Assembly (NCBI GenBank): GCA_000146045.2
Contig: BK006938.2
Coordinates: 288,001 to 352,000 of the forward strand
Reading direction: 5' to 3'
Origin: TPA_inf: Saccharomyces
Lineage: Eukaryota
DNA length: 64,000 nucleotides
In this document: in pieces, positions 33,553 through 46,834 of the stretch
Layout: the number at the start of each line of letters is the position of its first letter
How positions within the stretch are numbered: the first letter of the stretch is position 1
Position numbers and translations under genes: made by a program
The notes under the pieces: generated by a model
Databases searched by the model: none
What the model was told of the DNA's origin: nothing
The model's input: only the letters and a program-made list of their open reading frames with translations

Positions 33553-34225
33553 TTTTATCTTATATTGTATTGTTACTTCTCTCAAAAAAAAAACTGCGAG
33601 TAAATTTTCCCTTACCTTCGTACTAAAATACCGTTATTTGTCAAAACGCTGTCATGGAATTCTATAGCACTTGATGCCGGAATGGAGATGCTTATTCTTG
33701 TGTTCTACATTCATGAAGTGCTGATACTATATTTTGTTTTCCCGAACCTCTCCCCTTCTGGGCCCTTTTTCCATTATTCACAATATTTTCATACCTTTAC
33801 CTCCGTACACCAATCTTTATTTTTACCCCCATACCTTTGTATTCTGAAATTGAGAAATGATTTGTGGTGCTTTTTTTTTTGGACAATCTGCCTTCGTGGA
33901 CAGTTTTGAAACGCTAGGCGACAGTTTTGCAACGGAAGGAAGTGGGAGAGCCCAGAAAGGCTTTCTCTCGATGGTGGATCATTCTTGCGCAGGCGGAGGA
34001 TGGGAAAGCTCCGTTCAGGTTTGCGGCTTTTCTTTCTGGCATTTTCGTTCTCCCAACTGCGCAGGCAGACATAGCTTGACTTTACTCATGCTCGCATTAG
34101 GCGGGTTGAATCTCATAGCTTGAAAGATAGTATTGAATTATATTGAAGATTTTATAACTAGTGATAATTTCATTCAAGTTTTAAAGAAAGAATTAATAAG
34201 CAAACAGAACTCAATCAAAGGAAAA

Positions 34226-34282
34226 ATGGCCGGTTTGAAAGACGTTGTCACTCGTGAATACACCATTAACTTGCACAAAAGA
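34226..34282 (+). CDS. RPL31A: Ribosomal protein L31, exon 1 (19 codons, MAGLKDVVTREYTINLHKR)
   Basis: ATG at 34226. The exon ends ...AAA AGA followed by a GTATGT donor at 34283. Confidence 0.85.
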
Positions 34283-34703
34283 GTATGTGAAAGAATAAAA
34301 ATATAATGCCCAAGGGCTTGTCATCTGAATGGTTAATTAAGAAGATATTTCTATAGTCAAGGAATACAATATCAAGAATTTGTACCACAGAAACCTATCA
34401 ACAAAGATCATTGATCAAGATATATTTTATAATACGGAATTTGAAGACCATAATCAATATTATAACATCCAAGAGGGGAAAGATACACTTCGGCTGGACT
34501 TAAAGAGCGATGAAGACAGAAATAGTTATCTTAAATAGTGGAATCCTAGATTTTAAGTCGACAATTATCCATATCCCAAGTTTGACTAAATATGAATCAG
34601 AACAAATTGGGTCTCCAATATACAAAACCATTCATCAAGATTACACTAATATTAAAATGAACAATCGTTACTAACAAAAAATTTACCATTTTATTTTTAA
34701 TAG
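34283..34703 (+). other. RPL31A: RPL31A intron, about 421 nt
   Basis: GTATGT donor, TACTAAC at about 34667-34673, acceptor ttttaaTAG at 34701-34703. Confidence 0.8.
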
Positions 34704-34988
34704 TTGCACGGTGTCTCCTTCAAGAAGAGAGCTCCAAGAGCTGTCAAGGAAATTAAGAAGTTCGCCAAGTTACACATGGGTACTGATGATGTCCGTCTAG
34801 CTCCAGAATTGAACCAAGCTATCTGGAAGAGAGGTGTCAAGGGTGTTGAATACAGATTAAGATTGAGAATTTCCAGAAAGAGAAACGAAGAAGAAGACGC
34901 CAAGAACCCATTGTTCTCCTACGTTGAACCTGTCTTAGTTGCTTCTGCCAAGGGTCTACAAACTGTTGTTGTCGAAGAAGATGCTTAA
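34704..34988 (+). CDS. RPL31A: Ribosomal protein L31, exon 2
   Basis: TTG CAC GGT... (LHGVSFKKRAPRAVKEIKKFAKLHMGTDDVRLAPELNQAIW...). The track prints this TTG as M. Total is 57 + 285 = 342 nt, giving 113 aa plus stop. Confidence 0.85.
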   Translation: MHGVSFKKRAPRAVKEIKKFAKLHMGTDDVRLAPELNQAIWKRGVKGVEYRLRLRISRKRNEEEDAKNPLFSYVEPVLVASAKGLQTVVVEEDA

Positions 34989-35216
34989 ATCAATTAAATA
35001 AAAATAATACTCATTTTATATTAATAAATATAAAGTAAACATTTTCGATTTGTATAAATCTCTTGTACTCAAGCCAAGACTTCTGTATTCATTGAAGCGG
35101 GGCACTCAGATCAATTTTTATCAATGATATCATCTGCTACGCTTGTACAAAGGGTTACCTTCGAATTATTTAAAAGATGCAAGTCTACGTATAAGTGAAG
35201 GCGATAAAAATGGATA

Positions 35217-35471
35217 AATCAGTGTAACTATGACTATAAGGTTATGTTGGCCACTCATCACATTAAAAGACTCCCAATATTCTCCAACAGAAACGAAGTA
35301 TACCGTGCGTCTGATTATGGTCCACCAGAACGATGAGATCATAAAGACACAAAGTAAATGAGAAGTTTTACAATATTGAAAAAATACTGTAAAAGGATGG
35401 TCTTAAAAAGTAGTTTTGAAGTACTTCTGTTCTTAATAGACCAACGGAAAATTAAAATCTTCATCATTAAA
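35217..35471 (-). ncRNA. SNR63: C/D-box snoRNA, probably snR63; boundaries approximate
   Basis: On the minus strand an AUGAUGA C box sits near the 5' (high-coordinate) end (plus-strand tcatcatt at about 35461-35468). A CUGA D box sits near the 3' end (plus-strand tcag at about 35208-35211), and an internal GUGAUGAG (C'-like) is present. The location in the RPL31A-BRE1 gap matches my recollection of SNR63. Confidence 0.55.
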
Positions 35472-35675
35472 AGTCCATAATTCATTCGCTTTCAGCAAAA
35501 CATAGAGCAGCAAGAAGCTAAAGAAATGACAAGAACTATCGGCAGAGTGAACTCACTATACCATTAATCTTATCACCCGTTTATAAATCTATTCTTGTCC
35601 TTTCCAGTTGATATGATTCTGCTATTATCCTTGTTCCCCCCAAGGACTGCAGTAGAAGAGTTATGTTACAAATGT

Positions 35676-35678
<3 letters not shown>

Positions 35679-35707
<29 letters not shown>
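35679..35707. repeat. (TA)14 dinucleotide microsatellite
   Basis: Perfect TA run read directly from the sequence. Confidence 0.9.
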
Positions 35708-35712
<5 letters not shown>

Positions 35713-36046
35713 GACATTTGTGATGAAAATATATCTTGAACAAGCGCGATTAAGGTCATAATAAAAAATCACAGAAAATTTTTCAGGTCGCGGGCGTTCT
35801 CTCACCCGGCCGCCCAAAGTATTATATGAATCTTTAGGGCTTGTAGGAATTATCAGCATGATATGTACAATTAGAGTTTTTCTTTGGAAACATGCGACAG
35901 TAGACGTCACTCTTTGATTCAGAAGTTAGGCTAGGATGTACGCAAATAAAATAAAAGCAATGACAAAACTAGATTTACATATATTATATGTATATGTATG
36001 TGGAGGATATAACACAAACAGTGGAAAAGTGGTAGAATAATTAGTA

Positions 36047-38155
<2,109 letters not shown>

Positions 38156-38612
38156 TTATTATCAGCTAGCACGATTAGCATAAAAACGGTGAAAGCCCTT
38201 TCTATCTCTGTTAAAAACCTTGGGGCGCTCTCTGTTAGTTTACCGTTCAAACAACATCCATCCAACTTTTTTTAATCTTCTTCTTTTTTGTTTTTTCGCC
38301 TTCTTTAAGAAAGTTTCGTTGGATGTGATTATAATCACGTGATCAAATGCTTTTGTCACTTTTATATAATAACGATGGTTTGATCAAAGTACGATCAGTT
38401 GGTGCTTCATTTCAAAGTTAGAAGACATCCTTAGTGCCTATTGTCGATCTGCTCTTTCTTTTTGAATCCACTGAAATTAACGATCTCAGAATTTCACCAG
38501 TGATTTTCCCAATATTATCTTTCGTGGGTAGAGAAACAATTCTGAACTCGATTGTGCTTCGTATGCTATATACGCATTGTTGTAGCACTAAAGATCATAT
38601 TGCTCATTAAGC

Positions 38613-41567
38613 ATGGGTCCTGCCATACATAATCAACTATATGAATGTGGATTAAAGACTACGTCTCAAGATGGCTTCTTGATGGACAATTATGAAACTC
38701 AATTATTTCAATCGTTGAACAGGTTTATCAATTTCATAAACAATGCTAATCAGTCAGCTAGTAATAAAGAACAAAATACAAAATTTTGCAAATCCTCCTC
38801 AAATTTTTTACGCTTGAAACTACTAACGGTTCTAAGACAATGGTGTGATTCTTCACGAAGCAACTGTACACTGGAGGTTAGAGATGTTTTGACCCAATGG
38901 TGGGTCACACTTTTAAACTTTCTAAATTCTGACACCTCGCTTCAAATAGATACTGCCCTTGAATTGAGCTTGAGCATAGAACTAACTTCCGTGTGTCTCG
39001 AGTGCCTCAGCAAAATTATGACCATACTAATAATATTGCCTTTCCATTCATCCAGAGACATGGAAATATACTCACATCATCTTTTGCTGACCATTCATTG
39101 CATAACAAACAAGTTGATTTTGATTTCTAAAAACTCCAAAAAACTTAAACGTACAAATAGTGATGACAAGTGCTCTATAAACGACAAGAAGCTGCAATAC
39201 CTTAACAAATATTCTTCCTTGCTGCGAGCATTCATCGGGAAGTTAAATGCTTACGCATTTTTTTATCTACCAGAAGACTTTCATTTCGATACAATTTTGT
39301 TATTGACAGTTTCTCCTCAAATCTCTTCAAGTATTCAAACATCTTTGTTTTCATGGAAGAAGAGACAATATAAATTCACCGACGATCAGGGACAAATGAT
39401 CCGCACTGAAGCTTTTGAAAATAAAGATACTAAATTTTTTAAGATCATTGTTTCTTATATTAAAAATGATTTTGTACTTATGTCATTTTATTGGCACTAT
39501 TGGTATATCATACTTCAATTTATGAAATTCTCTGATTCAGATGTAGGAATTAAAAAATCGACATTGTCATGCATACCTGGCTCAGAAATTTTATTGACGC
39601 ATGTAACCACTAGATTCTTGAATTCAGATTTGAATAAATTCACGCGGATTATTAAACAAACGCCGAATCCAAGGATAGCAAATGAGAATGTGACAGAGTC
39701 ACATCCAAATTTCAAGAGTTTGAATAGTAGCAATGCTTTAATTACATCTGAAAGGATTAATGATTACGTATTTTCTAATTTTAAGACAATCAAATTATGG
39801 GAATGTCTTAGAAGCCTTTCAGGATGCATTCTTAAAGAAAATCATCCGGAATACCTGGAAAATATGCTTTCCTTACATGAGTCTCTATTGATAGACTATG
39901 TCTCCACTATTTCAGCGTACGATTATATTGCAGCGAACGTCATTTACAATAAGGTTCTCCAGTTTATTATTTTCCAGTTTGAAAGTTTACCTTCTCTGAA
40001 ATTCATTCAATGGAGGTCGTGGTACAATGGGCTTTTGAGTATGTTAAGGACCAAAAATGTTAACTGCCAGACTGTTTCTTTATTATGCCTTTTCAATATT
40101 TGGAAGCACGTAACCATTGAGGACCGCGATGAAATAGTAAAAGTGCTGTTAAGTGATTTTTGGGAGTCATTGATTTTTGAAAACGAATTTCCTTTGATTA
40201 GAATTTTATTTATGAAGGTATTAGTTTTTAAAATCATTCCAAGTGTTCAAAATTCTTCTTCATTACGATTCTTGCCACATGATAGAATTAAACAACTATA
40301 TGAAGAGCTACTGGTAAACAAGGAGGAGTTATTTGAGATGCAAAAACACGATTCAAATGATATAGTGGCGCATAGAAAGAATGCTCTCGTTTTTAATGGT
40401 AACTCACGTTTGATGATGATTCCAAAAAAACCAAATACAGAGGACCACTTAGTTTATAAGATTAATCATGATAAAAATTTAACTACAGAAAGATTTCCCT
40501 CTGTCAGCTCAGTGGCAAATACAAGACCTAACGTTATCTTGAAAAATGGTAAATACGCTTATGATATTTTGGACGAAATGACAAGTAAAGCTGCCTTTCT
40601 TCTTGCAGAAAAGAAGACCCGACTAAATCCCAAAAAAAATCACAAAATTATGGATGGCTACGAAGGAGGTCAGGAAAACGAAGATAATGATGAAGACTCA
40701 GAAGATAGTGGCTCGCATAAAAATAAGAGAAAGGAAGGTAATAGTTCTTTATCGGCAACACTGAACACTTGGCTTTCAAAATTTTCAAGTACTTCTGAAG
40801 ATTCACAGAAGAAGAAGGAACAGGCAAATGAATTAGGCAACGATTTTGAATATGATGAAGATGTGGCTGATTTTGCAGAAATTTTGCCGAAGCAGTCATC
40901 TAGTAATATTGAAAAAATTTTTAAGCATGGTAACAATTCAGGATCAATGGTATCATATAATTCAAGTATCAAGCTCAATAGGAGGGAGAATATATTGATA
41001 GGTCCACCAGAGTTGAGATTTTCTAATGAAATCAAGGAACACAATAGTATTGCTACAATATTCAAACTGGTATTTATTCAAACCAATAGAAGAGTCGTCG
41101 AAAAAATAGATTTGGCGAACATGAAATGGGGGACAATCCACGGAGGCAGTAAGTACATGAAGCCTTTACCCGTCCCGAAAGATTTGGTTGCGAGTGTTGC
41201 TAAGAACGAAAGTGAGACGAGAAACTTAGCTACCTTATGCGGTAATGGTCTAGATTTTGAGATACCGGTGCCTGATTTTAATATTTTTGGCAAATGTATG
41301 GAAGATGAGCAAGATGTAGCCAAAATTGGTAATCAGAATGTGGAAGATTTGAAAGTTACTGGGGGGCGGGAGGTGACAATTTGGAAGCAGATCCAAGATA
41401 TGAAGTTGAGAACAAGGATACAAAAAATCTGTGTTTTAATTGAGACGTTCAATGCTACAGTAAGAGAATATTTTGAGTTTTCCAATCGATTAGAGCATGA
41501 CGGTATATTTATAGATTTTGAAGTGAGGAAACCTAGTAGTAATAATTCTATTAATATCAAAGTCTGA
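38613..41567 (+). CDS. AHK1: Large scaffold protein of the Hkr1-subbranch HOG pathway, 984 aa
   Basis: 984-aa ORF of low complexity with an acidic stretch (GGQENEDNDEDSEDSGSH). Length and position match YDL073W. Confidence 0.65.
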   Translation: MGPAIHNQLYECGLKTTSQDGFLMDNYETQLFQSLNRFINFINNANQSASNKEQNTKFCKSSSNFLRLKLLTVLRQWCDSSRSNCTLEVRDVLTQWWVTLLNFLNSDTSLQIDTALELSLSIELTSVCLECLSKIMTILIILPFHSSRDMEIYSHHLLLTIHCITNKLILISKNSKKLKRTNSDDKCSINDKKLQYLNKYSSLLRAFIGKLNAYAFFYLPEDFHFDTILLLTVSPQISSSIQTSLFSWKKRQYKFTDDQGQMIRTEAFENKDTKFFKIIVSYIKNDFVLMSFYWHYWYIILQFMKFSDSDVGIKKSTLSCIPGSEILLTHVTTRFLNSDLNKFTRIIKQTPNPRIANENVTESHPNFKSLNSSNALITSERINDYVFSNFKTIKLWECLRSLSGCILKENHPEYLENMLSLHESLLIDYVSTISAYDYIAANVIYNKVLQFIIFQFESLPSLKFIQWRSWYNGLLSMLRTKNVNCQTVSLLCLFNIWKHVTIEDRDEIVKVLLSDFWESLIFENEFPLIRILFMKVLVFKIIPSVQNSSSLRFLPHDRIKQLYEELLVNKEELFEMQKHDSNDIVAHRKNALVFNGNSRLMMIPKKPNTEDHLVYKINHDKNLTTERFPSVSSVANTRPNVILKNGKYAYDILDEMTSKAAFLLAEKKTRLNPKKNHKIMDGYEGGQENEDNDEDSEDSGSHKNKRKEGNSSLSATLNTWLSKFSSTSEDSQKKKEQANELGNDFEYDEDVADFAEILPKQSSSNIEKIFKHGNNSGSMVSYNSSIKLNRRENILIGPPELRFSNEIKEHNSIATIFKLVFIQTNRRVVEKIDLANMKWGTIHGGSKYMKPLPVPKDLVASVAKNESETRNLATLCGNGLDFEIPVPDFNIFGKCMEDEQDVAKIGNQNVEDLKVTGGREVTIWKQIQDMKLRTRIQKICVLIETFNATVREYFEFSNRLEHDGIFIDFEVRKPSSNNSINIKV

Positions 41568-41636
41568 ATAATAGAATGAGTTACATACGTAAACGTGTAG
41601 TATTATTATTATTATTCTATTTCCTTTCCGTTTTTA

Positions 41637-41641
<5 letters not shown>

Positions 41642-41668
<27 letters not shown>
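41642..41668. repeat. (TA)13 microsatellite in the AHK1/YET3 3' intergenic region
   Basis: Perfect TA run. Confidence 0.9.
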
Positions 41669-41669
<1 letters not shown>

Positions 41670-41835
41670 TGGGTGTTTATATTTAGGTAGGGCATAAGGA
41701 TTTACTGTCGGCATGAACCTACTTGAACAAAAAAATAAAAATCAAAAGAAAAATAATGTAGGCTTTTGCACATCGACTATATATAAATATATATATACAC
41801 ACTTCTGTGCAGAAGAAAAGGAATAAAACGTCAAA

Positions 41836-42447
41836 CTAATTTATTTCTTCTTGCAACGATTCCGACTTCTCCTTTAAACGTGCAATTTCGTCATCGATGT
41901 CCTGAATTTTCTTCAATAGTTCAAAATTTTTCTCATCGCCGTGGTCATCCTTGGAAGCGCCGGATTGAGCAGCAGCTTCGGCAGTAACAGAGTCGTTCTT
42001 CTTGACATCGCTGGAGGCTACTGGAGGCGATGCTCTGTATATGTCTTTCATGGTTAAAAGTTCTATGACTAGCCCAAAAGTCCTAACGACGACAAAGGTC
42101 AAAAACAAAGTTATACCTGTCAAATACATATTCCTTTGGGCAAAGAATTTCCTAGAAAGAACCTCAATTCTATCTTGAGCGATTATAGCGCCATTATTTT
42201 GAGAGGCGCTACTTAACTGCAGCTCTTTGTCGATGCTGTACACTCTGTTGATACAATCGATGAAAAGCAAAAGAATGAACCCAAGTACACACTTGATCGC
42301 AACTTGCACTGTGGAGGATTTGAACGGCTTTAATAACAGTAAGGTGAGAGGCCTACGGTATCTAGAAGGGATTGGTAGGGCTAGAATGGAGAACATGAAA
42401 ATCTCCACCACTAGAATGGCAAAAACCAAGGTGTAATATAATGACAT
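41836..42447 (-). CDS. YET3: ER membrane protein, BAP31 homolog, 203 aa
   Basis: 203 aa with three N-terminal TM helices and a C-terminal coiled coil (KKIQDIDDEIARLKEKSESLQEEIN), the Bap31/Yet family architecture. Confidence 0.8.
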   Translation of the reverse strand: MSLYYTLVFAILVVEIFMFSILALPIPSRYRRPLTLLLLKPFKSSTVQVAIKCVLGFILLLFIDCINRVYSIDKELQLSSASQNNGAIIAQDRIEVLSRKFFAQRNMYLTGITLFLTFVVVRTFGLVIELLTMKDIYRASPPVASSDVKKNDSVTAEAAAQSGASKDDHGDEKNFELLKKIQDIDDEIARLKEKSESLQEEIN

Positions 42448-43023
42448 GATTCAATTCTGTGAATTCTATGGTTATGAGTATAATGTGACGTGGTTACCTT
42501 GGAAGAGCTCACTATTCTATCTTCCTACTAAATCGGGATTTGCTATATACCATTGTTATATACGGCACTTTTCCACTCTTCTTCCCCTTAATGGAGTGAA
42601 GCAGGCAGGGTGACCCTCTAGCTAAAAAAAGAAAGAGGCGAAAAAAGAGTGCAACGTCAACAACGCTAAAAGAGAAAGGGAGAAACGCGCAAGTGTTTAC
42701 GCATAGAGGGTGAACAGGAGCAAGAGCATTTTGATAGCACACAGACTTTTAATAATAAAGCGGCAGAGAATGACTCAAATAAATGCGCGATGATATTGGG
42801 AAGAGGCTCAAGCAATTCGTGAGGCGCAACCAACGCCAGTTTTTCGTTGCTCGTGCACAGTGACACGGTGGCAAAATGGTCGACGTTGGCGCTTGTTTCG
42901 GCCACTTTGTTATTCGGAAGAGATTTTATATATAAGGCGGGCGCGGTAGCCAGAAAAGAGCGAAAAAGAGAGAACGCGGAAAAACTGAAACAAACAGATT
43001 GAGCGAAATAAACCTCGGCGGCT

Positions 43024-44940
43024 ATGTCTCGTACTAACATGGATACAAGACACGCACATTCTGCTTTACTGGCAGCACCACAGAGTGCTACTGCAAATAG
43101 CAGGAGCAGCAACAGCAGCAGCGAGAGTAGTAGTAACAAAAACAATATCAATGTCGGCGTCGGTGACGATAGCGGTAATGTCAGCGCGGTAAGTATCGAC
43201 GATGGACCCCACTTCAGGGATATCTTCCACTATGGACACGAGGAAAATTACAAACTTGCGAGCAGCGGTATCACTAACCTGAATTCTTCATCCCACGCCC
43301 ACCAAACTTTGTCTCCCATTTCCATTAGTAATGCATCCACTCCGGAAAGTTTTCCCGAGCACCCTTTGGGCCTAGAACGGGAAACAGAGCCGGCGTTGGA
43401 AGCTGAAATGGAAGCGGAGGAACTACCACCACACCAAAGTAAATACCTTTTAAGCTCCATTAAGGCGACCAAACGATTAAAAGATGCTAGACCGTTTCTG
43501 AAGCCGGTTGATCCTATTGCTTTGAACATCCCGCATTATTTCAACTACGTTCAAACCCCAATGGATTTGTCTTTAATTGAAACAAAATTGCAGGGCAACG
43601 TGTATCATTCAGTAGAGCAAGTCACATCGGACTTCAAAACAATGGTGGATAATTGTTTAAACTTTAATGGTCCAGAATCTTCAATCTCTTCGATGGCTAA
43701 AAGGATTCAAAAGTATTTTGAAAAAAAGTTATCTGCAATGCCACCAAGAGTTTTACCCGCTTCTGCCTTGAAGAAAACAAGCAGAAACCGGAAAAAAAAT
43801 GAGGATATGGATTCCCCACTTGTCATTAGACGTTCAGTTAGTACCACCAATGACAATATTGGGGAAAGCGGAAATAGAGAAGGCGTCAGTGGTGGTAGAC
43901 CCAAAAGAACAATTCATCCACCCAAATCAAAAGATTTGTTTGATATATATGAAAACTCCAAACCAAAATCAAAGACTTTACAAAAAAAATTCAGGACTTG
44001 TCTGAAAATACTAAAGGTTTTGATGAGTAAAAAAAATTCGGATATAAATTTTCCCTTTTTACAACCTGTTGATCCGATTGCTTTGAATCTACCAAATTAC
44101 TTTGATGTCGTGAAGAATCCTATGGATTTGGGTACAATATCAAATAATTTAATGAACTGGAAGTACAAAACAATTGATCAATTTGTCGACGACCTCAACC
44201 TTGTCTTTTATAATTGTTTCCAATTCAATCCAGAAGGCAATGAAGTCCATTCAATGGGCAAAAAACTAAAAGAGCTTTTCAATTTTCATTGGTTAGAGAA
44301 CCAGGATATTTTGAATGAAATTGAAACGGATTCAGATCTTGAAGAGGATAACTATTCTTCTTCATATTCATCTGATGATGAATATGATGATGAAGACATA
44401 AATGAAAACGATATAACTAATCCGGCTATTCAATATTTGGAACAAAAACTGAAGAAAATGGAGGTTGAATTGCAACAATTGAAAAGACAAGAGTTAAGTA
44501 AATTATCGAAGGAAAGGAAGAGGAAGCATCTAGGTAAAACGCTTTTGCGTAGGAAGGCAATGAAGCATTCAGTTGACGATTTAAAGAAATCTATTACTGA
44601 TAAAATCAATGAATTAAGTGATTTAGAAATGAATGGGATGATTCGTATCATTAAAAATTCATTACCCGCAGATGAAATACTAACTTCCAATGAAGATGAA
44701 ATTGAAATTGATTTGGATATTTTAGATGAAGCGACTATTGCAAGAATTTATGAGAGATATTTTGAGAAAAAAAATAACAACAATAGCAAAAGAAAACTAA
44801 GTGGCAACTACTCGACTGCGCCAACTAACAAGAAAAAGAAAACCTTGAAATTTTTGGAAAAGGATGAAATCATAAATAATAATAATTATTCCGATTCTGA
44901 AGAAGACAGTAGTGATAGTAGCGACAGTGACAGTGATTAA
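43024..44940 (+). CDS. BDF2: BET-family double-bromodomain protein with an ET-like region and an acidic Ser-rich tail, 638 aa
   Basis: Two bromodomain cores (PFLKPVDPIALNIPHYFNYVQTPMDLSLIETKL... and PFLQPVDPIALNLPNYFDVVKNPMDLGTISNNL...YNCFQFN), then a coiled coil and a SDSEEDSSDSSDSDSD tail. 638 aa. Confidence 0.88.
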   Translation: MSRTNMDTRHAHSALLAAPQSATANSRSSNSSSESSSNKNNINVGVGDDSGNVSAVSIDDGPHFRDIFHYGHEENYKLASSGITNLNSSSHAHQTLSPISISNASTPESFPEHPLGLERETEPALEAEMEAEELPPHQSKYLLSSIKATKRLKDARPFLKPVDPIALNIPHYFNYVQTPMDLSLIETKLQGNVYHSVEQVTSDFKTMVDNCLNFNGPESSISSMAKRIQKYFEKKLSAMPPRVLPASALKKTSRNRKKNEDMDSPLVIRRSVSTTNDNIGESGNREGVSGGRPKRTIHPPKSKDLFDIYENSKPKSKTLQKKFRTCLKILKVLMSKKNSDINFPFLQPVDPIALNLPNYFDVVKNPMDLGTISNNLMNWKYKTIDQFVDDLNLVFYNCFQFNPEGNEVHSMGKKLKELFNFHWLENQDILNEIETDSDLEEDNYSSSYSSDDEYDDEDINENDITNPAIQYLEQKLKKMEVELQQLKRQELSKLSKERKRKHLGKTLLRRKAMKHSVDDLKKSITDKINELSDLEMNGMIRIIKNSLPADEILTSNEDEIEIDLDILDEATIARIYERYFEKKNNNNSKRKLSGNYSTAPTNKKKKTLKFLEKDEIINNNNYSDSEEDSSDSSDSDSD

Positions 44941-45120
44941 CAATCGAAATGGGCTTCATGCCCTAATTAAGGAAAAAAAGAAAAGAAAAAAAAAATTGGG
45001 AAGAATGGGGATAAAAAAGATTTGTAACATTATAAACAAAAATAAGAAATAATTGTTTTTACGTACTTATTGTAAATAAAACAAAGGGATAACGGACAAA
45101 AAGGCATCGTTTCTTTTGTA

Positions 45121-45810
45121 CTATGATTTACGCAAATGGTAATTAATTAGAGGTATGCATATAGTTTTTATAATTGATTCAATGAATTTTTTGTTATCGT
45201 TTTTAATTTCGAGTAATTTCAGGTAACCAATAAAGGATAAGATCACTTTCCAATCGTTCAAGTTCTGAAAATCATTAGAGCTGGAAGTTAATCCCATTTC
45301 CTTCGGCAAATTGGCAGGTATTCGCAAATGAGCTAATTGGTTAATTTTCAACGAATTCTTGATAAGCCAGCTTATCGAGTCCATGTTCACTACTCGAGCT
45401 CGATCTAAGTTATGAATGTAATTGAAGTTTTTGTTCATTATATTAAACTGATTGAAATTCGTAAATGTTATTGTAAGCATCTTATTAATTTCCAAGTGAA
45501 TGAGCTGTTCACCCAATTTTTGTAAAGTTTCGTTTCTTGTTTCAAATGTATTTCCTGTGCTCAAGTCTCCAGTCATTGGTACTCGTACCAACATATTCCT
45601 GCTTGTGGTATATAGCAGTTTAGTTAGTTCTTTAGTCGGTATGCGTTCCTTTCCTTTATATCCGTCAGGATTAACTTCAAGGACTTCACACAGTTTTTCT
45701 ATCTTACTAATATTCTTTTTCGTCACCGTGTTTATAGTTCTGATGGGAATATACCTGCGAATCCCAGATATTCGAGCAACAGTAGTTGCAAACACTTTTG
45801 TCCTCAACAT
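45121..45810 (-). CDS. CBS1: Mitochondrial translational activator of COB mRNA, 229 aa from the second in-frame ATG
   Basis: The track ORF is 233 aa. The annotated length (229 aa) corresponds to a start at [10 protein letters not shown]. Assigned by position (YDL069C) and size. Confidence 0.65.
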
Positions 45811-46216
45811 GTCGAGATTCATTATCTGATTTATTCTTTTATCCTGCTATAAAGAAACCATAGAAGAATAGAAGCAAAGGGGTAGTACGTGGCACCTCCT
45901 AAAGGTAATATTGTACTATTCCTAGTTCACTCAAGGTCTGCCTGTCTTATTCTCCACATACATTTTCTATAACTCTTTTTTTAAGTTTGTTTTTATTTTA
46001 GTTTGACACTACATAAATATGTAAAACTATTTTTTCAAATTATACAAATAGAAAATTATGATAAAGGTCAAAAAGAAAGAAAAGAATGACTTGTCTGTTT
46101 TCCTTCCCTACAAACTCTTGCAAAAGTAATCAATCGAGGCCAGCACAGAAAAAAAATAAAAGATAAATAAATAGGAATAAGAATATAATGCGAAAAACAA
46201 TAGTGGTCAGGTTCGG

Positions 46217-46396
46217 TCAGTTCTCTTGCTTTTTCCTCTCAGCTAGCTCTGCGTAGAACTTCTCTCTCTTGTTAATCTTATCCATGTGGAATCCCCACCA
46301 CCAGTAAGAGGCCATGACACCCCCGAGGGAGAACCCGAGGACGATGTCCATGATGACTCTTCTCTTGATCGTACCAGTAATTGGAGCAATAGTCAT
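46217..46396 (-). CDS. COX9: Cytochrome c oxidase subunit VIIa, 59 aa; missing from the ORF track because it is under 60 codons
   Basis: The minus strand reads ATG ACT ATT GCT CCA ATT ACT GGT ACG ATC AAG AGA AGA GTC ATC ATG GAC..., giving MTIAPITGTIKRRVIMDIVLGFSLGGVMASYWWWGFHMDKINKREKFYAELAERKKQEN then TGA. Confidence 0.85.
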   Translation of the reverse strand: MTIAPITGTIKRRVIMDIVLGFSLGGVMASYWWWGFHMDKINKREKFYAELAERKKQEN

Positions 46397-46834
46397 GTCT
46401 GTGTAAGTCGCTTGTAGTTAGTAGTTTGCAAATATCTTGCTTGCTCTAATTCTCGGTCCTAATTTTCCCTGAAGATAAGAGTCTCTTTCATCGATTCTTT
46501 TAATACCACAGGAACAAAGCGGGCATCGTGGTAGCGGGCCAATCAGGTTGCAGTAAATGAAGAGATATAGAGGAGGACTCTGCTAAAGACCATAACAAGG
46601 GTCTGCAATGATCTTGGACTAAATAAAGGTGTCTTACAATCCAAAAGAGCTTGAATCATTCCTTTTATGAGCTAAATAGCACCGTTTGCACCTTCTGATA
46701 ACGCTTTACGGGTCACGCGCGGATTTTGACTCACATAATTCCACTTGCCCATATAAAGAGGGACTCATATGATCTTATGAAATCTTCCTTCAAGCAATTG
46801 TGAGACAACAGACGCACAAGGAAGATCGCCCAGC

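Noticed and set aside
33790-33850. Possible Rap1 site (tacccccatacctttg) in the RPL31A promoter
   Set aside because: Too many mismatches to ACACCCATACATTT for me to call it without a PWM score.
42666-43151. 161-aa minus-strand ORF (leucine-rich, MILFLLLLLSLLLLLLLL...) overlapping the BDF2 5' end
   Set aside because: The poly-Leu arises from the antisense of the Ser/Ala-rich N-terminal codons of BDF2 and carries no domain signal. It is probably dubious ORF YDL071C.
45500-45829. 109-aa plus-strand ORF antisense to CBS1
   Set aside because: It lies fully inside CBS1 on the opposite strand. It is probably dubious ORF YDL068W.
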